Assembly: GCA_036172245.1 (NCBI GenBank) | Contig: JAYWIR010000018.1 | Coordinates: 496,001 to 560,000, forward strand | Direction: 5' to 3' | DNA: 64,000 nt | Source: Raillietiella orientalis | Taxonomy: Eukaryota | Shown: positions 1-11,229 of the stretch, piece after piece | Layout of the letters: each line of letters begins with the position of its first letter | Numbering within the stretch: position 1 is the first letter of the stretch | Position numbers and translations under genes: made by a program | The notes under the pieces: model-generated | What the model saw: the letters and a program-made list of their open reading frames with translations, nothing else | What the model was told of the DNA's origin: nothing | Databases searched by the model: none

Positions 1-1479
1 CCATCACTTCCCACGGTGTTTCTCCGGAGAGCTTCTGTATTGATTGCTTACAGAAAAAAAAAGTCCACGTCGTAAGTCGGGTTCGGTGCTCAGGAGTAAC
101 GTGCAACGGCGTTGATTACCGCTCTGTCAGGCGCGGTGGATCCTGAGGTGAAGAAAGACTTTGGACTTCTCCTTCCCCTCCACGCTTGCGAAGGCACCCC
201 AATTCTTGTTGGGGTGCAAGCACTAGAAGGAGCTCGGGGTACTCCGAGCCAGCCGTGAATTCAGCTGCATCATTTTCTGGATTCCTGACGGCTCCATCCT
301 CCACCGACAGCAGCGAAAAAGAATCAAGGCAAGACTTCCGGGACCCGGAAGCCTCTCTCTGCGCTCGTGGGGAAGGACGGACACACGCGGCGGGCGTGTG
401 CCCTGCAGGCAACCTGGCCCGCCCCATCTGACGGCAGCAGGTGGCAACGCTTCGCTTCTTGGAGGGCGGAAGTCGCGTCGCAGCCTGGAGCGCCGTCGGA
501 ACTGCAGGCTGCGGGGAAGCCGGTACTCATGGGGACCCTGCGACCTTTCTGACCTCCCGCCGTGGGTTCGAGAGCTCCTTCCTCTTTTCCCTCCTGGCTG
601 GAGCTCTTCGCTTCCTTCAGGCTAATCTGCCTGGATCCGGGAAGACCACCGGTCCTCTTGTCAGCAGTATTCGGGAAAGGGCGCGAGGCGAATTAGATGC
701 AGCGCTCCAGAAGGGACTCCGCCGCTTCCCGTGGGTGCCGATCGTATTGTCCTCCCGTGAGGTCGGGCCCGTTGACGGCGCCTCTCTGGAGAATCCTCCC
801 TCGTGTCGGTTGTACTCCGAAGGCACGACTTCCTCGGATGGAAGAAAAGAGAGACCAAGACAGGGTAAGGGAGCGGGGGCGGAGGGCGCCTTCCAGGCTG
901 GGATGAGAAGAGAGGCAAGGATCGCCGCGCGCCTATCCACTGCTCTCTTGGGCGCGCTCGAAGGCGCTCGCTTTGCCCAACTGACGTCGCTCGCGGAGGT
1001 CCCCTGGGAAGTTCCCCCGGAAGCACTGTCCCTCCTCTCCACGGAGGGGCTCCTGGCCGCTCAGGGGAATCACTCCGTCTCGGAGGAGGGGAGAACTGGA
1101 GAGGAGACGAGAGACTTTCGGCCGCCGGAAGGCGCTTTCAGTACGTCTCGCCCTTCCGGGAACCACTCCGGAGACTGCTTGGTTGAGCTGCGTGATCTAC
1201 CCACTCCCTTCCCGGATGATGCTGTGAGCCGCGATGGCGTCCGCGATTAGAGCGGGGGAGGACGGCAGTGAAGAAGGGCTGAGGAGAAGGGGTTCGTCCT
1301 CCGCTACGGCGCGCTCCCTCCCGACCCGTGATGAGCGGAGCGCCCTCTGATGAAAACGGTTAGTTGCTTGGAGCGAGGCGGGGAAGTTGCTCCTGACCGC
1401 TTGCGCTCTGAAGAAAGGAGGATAGGGCGCGACCGGTGGGTTCAGTCCAAGGAGCGTGCGACCCTGCATGAACCGGAGG

Positions 1480-2470
1480 GAGGAGCGCGCGGCTCGACGA
1501 GTGACTTTCCTCTCGGATCTCACGCGGGGGCGGATCCTTTGCGACCTCCCTTTGGGAACGGCAACTTCCTCTTCCCATTCCTTGAGCTCCAAGCCGTTTT
1601 TCCTCTGTGCATATGGCGAACCTGAGCCCAACGCATGTGACCCGGGATGCACTCGTGAGCTTTGGGCTTTCTCTGCCCTGATCACTGGGCAGGAGGCTCG
1701 CGCCTCCCGCTCGACCATGCCATCGAAGCTTGGGATCTCTCGGGATCGAGGGAGTGCCAACTTAGCTCCCGCGCTCCCTGGAGCGTCCCTACTGATGCTC
1801 CCGGAAAGGGACATGTCTTAACGACCAGTGGGCGCTGTTGGGTAAGGCATAAGAGGCGATGCCCTTCCCCCATCGTGTCCATGGCGTCATCTGAAACCCA
1901 GGAGATCCTTCTCCTCTCTTCTCTCCTCTCAAGGTGGCTCCTTTGCCATTAGAGAGTCCTCCTCGGGTGGCAGCCTGGTGAAACCGCCCAAAGGCAAGGA
2001 TGAGGAGGTCAGCGAATAATCTTTCGCAAACATCCTCAAATGGCTCTCTCCGAAGCTGCGAGAGGCGCAGCGTGGTCAGCGTCCAAGGTAGCTTCCTGGG
2101 GACTGGCCCCGTGGCGTCAGCAGGTTTTCGGGGAAACTTCGCTGGCACCCACAGCCTGGAATTTTCCCAGTTTCTGGCCTCGACGGATGCCTTCTTGCCG
2201 CAGCGCCACCTCCAGAGAGTCTGACCGAGGGCCGGACTCCCCTGACAGGCGGGCGTTGTGTCTTCCGCCCCATTATTCTCGCGGGCGATCTCTCCGAAGG
2301 TGTCCTGGATGTCTTCGACAGAAAGACGACGATTCGCGCCCAAACTGGGAAAGGAAGGAGGCGGACCTGCCCTGCAAGGAGGTCAGCGCAGTTCATTGGC
2401 AATGGGTCAGAACCGTTGTCAGGCGCGCAGTGACGTCCGGATCAAGCGAGGTGAGGCTCGCAGACGTCCA
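1480..2470 (+). mobile_element. Possible highly decayed non-LTR retrotransposon (RT/RNase H) remnant
   Basis: VHWQWV...EVRLAD (about 2390-2465) resembles the RNase H motif xQWVPxHxGxxGNExAD; upstream segments have only faint RT-like echoes; no intact ORF. Confidence 0.25.
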
Positions 2471-2983
2471 TCCTCCTCGGCTCCCAGATAACAGCCACCA
2501 GTGGACGCTGGGTGGCGCTTGGTGCTGAATTGTGCCGTCATCGGGATGGCCGTCCCAGCCGCGAGTCTTGAGCGACGGCCACTCCGTCAGGGTCAAAAAA
2601 TTACTATGAGGATCCTCCCTCAGAGAGGAAGAGCAGCACGCCACGAGATCATACCACGCCTTCAAGGCCACACTTCTGCGATGTTCGCTCGCCTGACCCG
2701 CAGGAGAGCAGCACCGGCAGCTCTCTGAAGCAGCTCTTTTCGAGAAGCGCCACCTGACCCATCACACATGCAGGGGCCACGCACACGCGTGCGCAGAGAG
2801 GGGACGTCCCTCCGAGGGCGCGCGGACACCCAGGAGCGTCCCCGCTGGCAAGCGCCAACCTTCATCAGAAAGAGGGACAACCTTACCCTCCTTTTTATAC
2901 CTCCCCTCCTATTCCCCGCGTAGGGCGCACGGCACCCCCGAGGCACGTGACCAGGCCCGCTGTGTATGCGCGTGTCTCCCCAG

Positions 2984-3227
2984 GCAACCTGTTCGTCATG
3001 TTGGCCATCCTGCTGGACCGGCACTTGCAAAGCGTGGCCAACTACCTCATCCTGTCTCTGGCCGTCACGGACCTGCTGGTGGCCTGCTTGGTCATGCCCT
3101 TGAGCGCTGTGTACGAGGTCACCAGGGAGTGGGTCCTGGGTCCCGGTCTCTGCGACATGTGGACCATCAGCGACGTCCTCTGCTGCACGGCCTCCATCCT
3201 GCACCTGGTCGCCATAGCGCTAGACAG
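2984..3227 (+). CDS. 5-HT1: 5-HT1-type serotonin receptor (class A aminergic GPCR), internal exon: end of TM1 to TM3/DR
   Basis: Acceptor tctccccag at 2983; translation (G)[45 protein letters not shown]...[26 protein letters not shown] with the GN, SLAxxD and TM3 Asp motifs; donor GT at 3228 in phase 2. Confidence 0.93.
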
Positions 3228-5259
3228 GTACTGGGCGGAGCGAGGGGCGCGGCCAGAACTGGCACTTGAGGCCAACCTCTGTGAGATCCGCGGCCTTGCT
3301 GCCGCCGGCGCTTGGATCTCCTGCACGGCGCCGTAACTCCATAGCCTCCCTCCCCTTTCTTCTTCTTCCCGTCGACTCCCATGATAGCCCGCAGGACGCT
3401 GGCGGGAGCGAGAAACTCCCTGCGTCAACCTCGATCTCATCGGTGACGACCCCGCGTGTCACCAGTCGCTCCGCGTCACGGGAGACGACTGGCGAGAAGA
3501 GGAGATGGATGTCCGTCTGGTGCTCCACTATCGCGGCGGTGGGACCAGTGCCAATAGCTGTGTTGGTCCGACCCACTGGCAACCCTACCATGCGTGTGCG
3601 AGGCAAAGACTCGGAGACGGCGCCGACCCGAGGCTGGAGCGCCCGGACGATGAGTGCGAGGTCTTCTTCCTCCTCTTTGACCCCTCGCTTCCTCCGTGAA
3701 GCTCCCCCTTCCACCTCGCCATCCCCTTAAGGGAGAGAGCACCCAGGAAGAGCCTCGGCCTACCAGGAGCGCTTCCGGCTCTCGCCTCGCGGGATCCTAC
3801 CCTCACCTTCCATCCACCTCGTGCTGCTGAGGTGCAGGGGGGAGGGCCACCGAGTCGGGTTGAGCTGGCGTTGAGGTGCCCCTGGCTGGGAGCACCTGCC
3901 TCCGCCAGCCGGCAGCATTGCCGCCCGGAGTGTCGTCGTCGGAGGCGCGGGCGGGCGCTCCTACGAGTGCGCTCAACCGAACGCGCAGCTGCAGCGCGTC
4001 CTCCGCACTTCCCCGGGACCGAAGAGCCATGGGTGCCTCAAGTACTGCCTTCCTGTCCTGTTATGTGGTTTCGGGACGTCCTTGCTCCCGGGCCCGTCCT
4101 CTATCGCCCCTCCGACTACCAGAGCTGTAAGGTCGTCTCTGATGGAAGCGCTCTTTCGGAGGACTCCCCACAGCCCTCTCGTCGTCCCGGAACTCGAGAG
4201 CGCGAGAGACATCTGCCGGATGCCGCCGGAACTGCGCCTCTCATAGCTTCTCCTCCTCCATTCCTGGGCGGTGAGCTACCGATAGAGTTCGGGCCTCAGT
4301 GAGTTGCAGGATTCCTGCGGATCGAGCCCTCGGGAGTACCGTGCGGCGGGAGCAGGGCGAAGGAAGGCGGAGCCTCACAAGTGGCCCATCGGGGTCCGCC
4401 CTTCTGACTCTCTTCTGACTCATGGGTTGCCGATGGGGCTCAGAAAGGACTACACGTCCCGCGAGAGGTGAGAGGAAGGACAGACTCTCAAAAGGACCCT
4501 CCGGGAGCAATGAAAGCAAAAGAGAGAACACATGGTCCTTTGCGTCTGTGGAAGCTGGAGCGATTTGGGCGAAGGAGGCGACCAAGACCTCCCCGCCCAG
4601 GAAGAACTACGGCGACTTTCTTTCTCCTGCCATCTCGCTCGCCCCAGGATCGAAAGGGGGTGGGAAAAGGGTGGGAATTCTTGTGTTCCCTGAGAGGTCG
4701 GCCCCTCTGTTCCGATCAGATGGGCGACCCTCGAAAGGGCCGCGCACCCCTCGAGAGAGCTCGTGAGTCTGATTCCTCCTTTCCCTCCTCCAGAGTCCTC
4801 CGGGGGGAAGATCTCCAACCACGCGCTCTCGAACCTGCCTTCCTCCCCCCCCCTGCATCCGTCCCACTTCCTGATTCCGAGACCCCTTCCTCGAGGAATG
4901 CCACCGAATCTTCTTCCCTGGCTCTGCCACTCCCGTGTACGCCGCGGGCCCGCCGCCGGGGGATGCGTTGCTTCCCCATTCTCCTGCCGTTCCCGACTTC
5001 GATCCTTTGGGAGCGGCGGAAACCACTCCTTTCGCGAGCCTCTCCCTCCCTTTCTCTCTCCATGGCCTCCTACATTCTTGAACTCAGAGCAGCTGCCAAT
5101 GGGAAGGGGGATTCAGGAGACGGGTGCCGGAGAAGTCCAACGTGACCCCAGGGAAGAAGGCGAGAGAGCCTTCCCTCGGATGTCGTCAGGAGTCGTCCCT
5201 TCCTTCGTCCTTCCTGATCTGGAGCTTCTAATCTGAGATCTTTTCCCCTGCTCCCTCAG

Positions 5260-6247
5260 GTACTGGGCAGTCACCAACGTGCACTACATCCGGCAGAGGA
5301 GCTCGAACCTGATCCTCGCCATGATCTTCGTGATCTGGACCATGTCTGCCCTGGTCTCCTTCGCGCCCCTCCTTGGGTGGAAGGATAGCGAGTGGAACGC
5401 GCGAGTCCTGAAGGAGAAGAAGTGTATGGTCAGCCAGGATCCCGGGTACCAGATCTTCGCGACCCTTTGCACCTTTTACGTGCCTCTGGCAGTCATCCTC
5501 TGCCTTTACTGGAGGATCTACGAGGCAGCCAAGCGCCGCATCCGCAAGAAGAACGCTGGTCGGCGCCTGGCCAACATCCGGCTTCCGCTGCCCAGCGCCT
5601 GCATGACTACGAACGCAATGACCACAGCAACCACCACCACCACGACCGCCACGACCACCACCACCACGACAGCTCCCGACTCGTCCGTACTCGGGGAGGC
5701 TCCATCTGCTCCTTTCCCGGACAAGTTCCGAGACGAGGACGCTGACGCGGCCGTCAGTCTAAACTCGTCGAACGTGGAGTCGGTGGGAACGGTGGGGCCT
5801 GCGGCTAACGGCATCTTCCGCATGACCTTCACCTTCGTGGAGAGCGTCCAGAGGGCCGCGGACAGAGAGAAGGGGACGACGACGACGCAGGCGATGTTTC
5901 AGAAGCGTAGGGACACCCTGGACAACAAGAGGGAGAGGAAGGCCGCTAAGACGCTCGCCATCATCACGGGAGTCTTCGTCGTCTGCTGGCTCCCCTTCTT
6001 CGTCACGGCTCTGCTGATGCCTCTCTGCAAGTCATGCGCGCTCACGCGCTACCTGACGTCCCTGTTCCTGTGGCTGGGGTACTTCAACAGCACCCTGAAT
6101 CCCGTCATATACACCATCTTCAACCCGGAGTTCCGGAACGCCTTCCGAAAGCTTCTGCTCGGACGTCGCTATGGGCACCGGATGCGCACGAAGAGGATCC
6201 TGAAGCAGCAGCAGGCGAGGGAGCCCAAGAGCACGCAAGGAAGCTAG
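5260..6247 (+). CDS. 5-HT1: 5-HT1-type serotonin receptor, last exon: TM4-TM7 and C-tail
   Basis: Polypyrimidine acceptor ttttcccctgctccctcag at 5259 restores DRYWAVT; contains SQDPGYQIFATLCTFYVP, KRERKAAKTLAIITGVFVVCWLPFF and WLGYFNSTLNPVIYTIFNPEFR, typical of invertebrate 5-HT1 receptors; stop TAG 6245-6247. Confidence 0.95.
5621..5671 (+). repeat. ACN-codon repeat encoding a poly-Thr tract in GPCR intracellular loop 3
   Basis: accacagcaaccaccaccaccacgaccgccacgaccaccaccaccacgaca = TTATTTTTTATTTTTTT. Confidence 0.9.
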
Positions 6248-9200
6248 AGGCCGCTCTCAGGGACGCGCTGGAACCAATCGGCCTCCTCGAAATCCAGGAG
6301 GACTCCTCCTCCTCCCTCGGCACCGCGCCCCCCGCACCTGTCTGGACCGCAGCCGACCTTGTCTCCGGATGGCTGCCCGGACGGCGCTCCTCGAAAAGCT
6401 GCGCGCGCGCGCCCGGGAAAACTTTCGCCTCCGCCTCCCAGGAAACGACGCGGAGAGATGCGCGCGCGCCGCCCTTCCGGTGCCACCGCAGGCGTCGCTG
6501 CGAAAGGTTGGAGCAGTTCCCAGAGGGTCTTGCAGGAAAGGATGGAAGGAAGCTGTCGTGTGACCTTTCGTTTCGAATAAAGCGAAATTCACTCGACCGG
6601 AAGCGAGCGCCTCCGGCGTTTCTTCCTCTCTGCTTATGCGACGAGCAGCAGGATCGGGGGGAGGAGCTGCACTTCTTTAGCAATCTACCTCCCCTCTATC
6701 CTCTACCCTCTTTCCCCTCCCTTTTCAGGGAAGGATCCGAGCCGCCTCGAAGCCTGCGGCCGGAGTGGCGCCTACGTCGCCTGGGAACCTCCAGGGCATG
6801 GCTGAGGGCTCAGCTCGCAGCGCCTCAGAATGTGGAAGTTAACCCCCGGTCACTCCGGGGCGGTGCCTCAGGATGCGGCGTGGTGGGCAAGGGCACAGAT
6901 ACTTGGGAGAAGAGCACCCAGGCTGGAGGAGACGCGCTCGCGGCAAACGCGCGCGCTCTTGCTGCTGCCACCTAGTTCCCCGTGGCGAAGAGAGGGAGGT
7001 GCCTGCGTCCGGGAGCAGCAGTCCAAGAGGACCAGGCCATCATCGTCATCAGCGGCGTGAGGGGCGGATAGCGGAGGAGGTTCACCGCCGCCGCCGCTCC
7101 TGGCGGCCCGCGCGCGCGCAGAGCCGGGCCCGCGGCAACCGCGAGGCGGGTCAGCAAGGCAGTCAGGATGATCGGCGTGAACCCGCAACCTCCCCGATTT
7201 CAGTCGGGTCTTCCGAAAGCACGCGAGAAGCGGGGTTCACGTGGCGCGCGTACGTTTTCGAACCGCGTGTGCGCGGACCGCTCGTTTCCCGGCTCGTGAT
7301 GCGGACGGCACGGCTCTTCCCGCCGATCTCTCATCCCCGCCCCCCTGTTTGGCAAGATCTCCCCCCGGCATGCGTTATCTGTCAATTCTTTCACTACTAT
7401 TTTGAGATGGCGCGCGGCGGCACGAAGAGGCGAGCGGAACGAGGGCGGGCATCGGGCGTGGGAAGCGCGTCGCCCGCTAGAGAAGGCTTGCTGGGAAACA
7501 AACGCGTCCCGCCGCCTGTCTCGGCGAGACGCATGACGTCACCGGAGAGCACGTGGCGGCGCTCTCGGCGCTTCACGGAGACTTTCGCTTTCCGGGCGCG
7601 GCACGCGGGAGATTCGAGCCACGCCCGGGGCGGAAGGAAAGGGGGTGGGGGACTTGAATCGTCCTCTTTCCCCTGCTCGTCCCTCCCAAGGCCGGGGCGG
7701 TGACTGGCAGGTTAGGCGGGGACGACCCTCCCTCCCCCCCTCGCGAAGCAGGTCGACGAAGAGGCGCAGGGGCAGAAGGCGTGGCGTCAAGGAGAGACGA
7801 CTGGCATGTGAGGCAAGGGGGCTCCAGGGGTGGGCACCCTGGGAGCTTCGTGGCTTCCCGATGACGAGGGAGGGGGTAAGTGAGAAATGAAAGTCGAGCC
7901 TCTCCACCCCCAATCGCATTTTCGGGAAGTCCTTCCTTGAGGGCGCGCACGACAAGGGAGTCCCGTCAGATGATAGGAGCCCGAAATCTCTTCGGCCCTC
8001 AACTGGGAATCCCTTGGGACACACCGGGGGAGGAAAGGGAAAGCGGACGGAACTACCGCAGTCCGCGTCACGTCCCGGACGGAGGCGGCAGCAGCCCCCC
8101 CTCGGGTCTCCTGCCGCCGGGGGCGCCGGAAGACGCTTCCGGGAACCTGGGGAAAGCTCGTCCCGGCGACCTGAACGGCTCCTCGAATCTCTCTCCCACC
8201 TGCTTTTCGGCGGAGGATCGAACCGGGAGCGGCTGACCCGGGCGAGGAAGGCTGAGGGCGGTTCTAGGAGGAGGAAAGAACCGGGAATGGCTTCCTCGCT
8301 CCAGGACAGGCGGGGAAGTCTCCCTTCGCTCGAGACCAGGCAGGACGCGCTGGCCGGAAGTCCCCTTCCCGCCCCCCCCTTTCGCGCGTTCGGACGAGAG
8401 GAGCGCCTCCGGGCAGTCCGAAAATTCCCCCCTTCCTTTCCTGATGATCCAGGATCTCCTCGGGAGAAACTCTCTCATCCCGAAGTGAGAACGAAAGAGG
8501 AGGGGATCGCCGGAGGGTGGTCCCTCGCCGCTCTTCCAGGGCGCGCCCGCATCCCTGGAGCGCTCCACTTCCCGGGTCCCCGTAGATCCTCCGTCCCCAA
8601 GAACGCCGGCGATGTTTGCGTGCCGGGCGATCCCTCGCAGGACGAGGGCGGAGACGCGTCCGCTCGCCGGATGCGCTCCTCCGCTCCCGAAGATTCCAGG
8701 CAGCCCGTCGGGCGTACCCGAGCACACCCGAAGGACTCCGGGAGTAGCGCACGTTCGGTCCGAAACGCGGGGAACACGAGAGGGAGGGTGCGTCGCCTAG
8801 GGAGATCCCGAGCGACGGACCCGAATTGAGATGGACCGCCGAATCGGGAGGAAGGGGAGGGAGAGAAGGGTGGGACCGCCCCTCCTTCGCCCCCGCCTCC
8901 CTCCCCTTCCTCGCCTTCTCCCCGCTTCGGGCGCTATCTGCATCCACCTTCCCCCTCTTCCCGCGCCCGACCAACATCTGCCCCATCACCGTCGAGGTGG
9001 TGAGGCGTGGACGAAGCGAGCGAGGAACGCGCAGGTCCGTGGGAGTGTCTCTCCTCCCCCTCTTCCCCTCCCCGTCTCCGTGGTAGCGTCCGCGGCAGCA
9101 GCACCGTCGTCTTTTCCCGCCGCGCGGACCGGGAGGCTCTCTGCAGTCCCCTGCTGGCCGGCAGTGCTCCCGTTCGCTCGCCCCGGGTCTCGGGTTCGCT

Positions 9201-10589
9201 CGAGGGTCGGGACTGCCGGCGCGAGGCAGACCGAAGGCGAAGGGAGCCGGCCTCCGTGGGGACGATGCACCTCCCCGTTCGAAAACGAAATCCTGCACGC
9301 CTTCGACTCCCCCTTCCCGCACTCCTCCTCTTAGCCGAGGATCTATTTCAGATCTCTATAAATAGGTCGCCGCCGACGTATGCCCGTAGTCGGCGGTGGG
9401 AATCCCATCGCCGGGGGTTCCGCCTGCAGTCGGCCGGAGGCCGAAATTTTGGGGCTGCGTTCCATTGTTGCGCTTCCCGTCCCACTCTCCCCGAAGCCCC
9501 GCCTGGGCTCCCCGCGTGGGCGGAGCGAGGCGACTTCCCTGGCGGGGCCCGCGTTTGGGCAGAACGCATCCGTTCCCGCAGCTGCCGTCCCGGTGGGCCT
9601 CGGAGGGCCTCTTTTGGAGCCTCCTCCGTGGCCGGGCCCGCCCTACGACATTTCTCCATCTCTGACACCCTCCGTGTGCTTCGCCGCAGGGAATCTTCGG
9701 AGACCAGGACGTCCCCCGGTTCCGGCTGACCCCGGAAAATCTGAGCCGCGTTGGCGTGGACTGGCCGGGAAACGCCGCACGCTGTGGTCACGCGAGCGGC
9801 GAACGGGGACGGGTGAAGCGCCATTCCTCCTCCCTTCTTTCGACTGGCCACCGTCGGTGCACCAATGGCGCGGACGAAGCCGCAGGGTTTTCCCTTGGTG
9901 GCGGGGGGGGGGGGTATGTTCCTCCTAGCGGAAGTTGGACTCAGCCGGTGACGAGCGAGCGTGGAACTCGCGCCCAAGCAGGCGTTCCGGCGTTCCCTGC
10001 CTCCCTTCGCCTGCCGGAGGTGCCGGACGGAAGGGTGTAGAGCTCTGGAGCGCCGACGAAGGACCTGTCGGTCACCGTCGCCCGCAGCGACGATCCCGGG
10101 CGCGCGCTCCGCCCTGCGAGACGAGCGGGGCCCCAGTCCGTGAACGGCTCGGTGCAGGGATGTGGACCAAGGCGAAGAAGTTTCGTTCTTGCAATGCCGA
10201 GCTTCGCTTGTGACGGAGCACGCCGCGCTTCGGAGAGGTGGCGCCGGTCCACGGTTCCCCCGCTCGCTTCGTCCGTCCTCGTCTGGTAGCGCGAAAAAGT
10301 TTTCCTCGGGAAGCAGTATCATTTTTTTGTGTGTTTTTTTTTGAGGGGGGAGGGGGGAAGGGGGGGGACGTTCGTGAATTTCGGCCGGGAATTCCGAAAT
10401 GAAAAAAGTTTCCCGTGCTTCCTGCCGCAGTTTCCGCTTTCGCGGAATCGACGGCGTTCCCCTGGTTCGCCCGTCCACGGCCGGAAGTTCCCTCGACGAG
10501 AGCGATATTAATCTGCAGCAGCTGCGCCTGTTCAGACGCTCGCGTTCGACGAGGAGGTGGGGCGGCGGCGGCGGGCGGCCTGCTCGCCT

Positions 10590-10609
10590 CGCGCGCGCGC
10601 GCGCGCGCG
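10590..10609. repeat. (CG)10 microsatellite
   Basis: Directly visible; an equally long tract lies at 44408-44427. Confidence 0.95.
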
Positions 10610-11229
10610 TGGCGAGGGAGCAGCAGCCGAGGTTGCCTTGGCTGCTGCTACCTCTTTCCCTTAATGAGTTTCGAATTTCGAAGGATTCAACGGCTTGGCT
10701 AATTTCGTACTTCTTGCGCAGACAGAAATGGACGATTACCTTTGCGAACCGGGACGCCGCGCCAGGAGCAAAGGATTTCCTCCCATGTTTAATTGCATTA
10801 TCCTTCCCAAGTTACAAACCAGAGAAATCTGAAGATCTCGAGCTGGCGAGTTGACGCAGGCCTCGCCGGGGTGCGGAGGGTTTTCCTCTTTGGGAAGCTT
10901 CGGGAATCTCTTGGGAGGAGGAAAGAGACTGAAGAGCAAACAAAGCAGCGGTACAAAACTCGCTTTCCAACGTATGGCTCCGCTGCCGCCGATGCTCCCT
11001 GACGCTCCATTCAAGACGCTCCTCCTTCTAGAAGACTTGGTCGAGTGTGATCTAGCCTCCACACCATCGAAGATCACAGAACCAAGGGGTAGACCCAATT
11101 CCGAACCGGTCGGCATGGTGCAGCATCCAAAATTGGATGCGACGCCGAGGGGAGAAGGTCGAAGTAAACAAAAGTGGCATACGAAACGAGGCTACAGAAA
11201 ACCTTCTGCTTCAATATGATGTACCAGAA

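Noticed and set aside
2501..2545. RLVLNCAVIG as the missing TM1 exon of the GPCR
   Set aside because: Not followed by a GT/GC donor (G|GGATG) and too short a hydrophobic stretch; the TM1 exon is probably upstream of the window.
6250..10500. Many long overlapping ORFs (e.g. 9348-10478, 8264-9322, 6034-6975)
   Set aside because: Arg/Pro/Gly/Ala-rich low-complexity translations in several frames, no domain motifs; expected from high GC.
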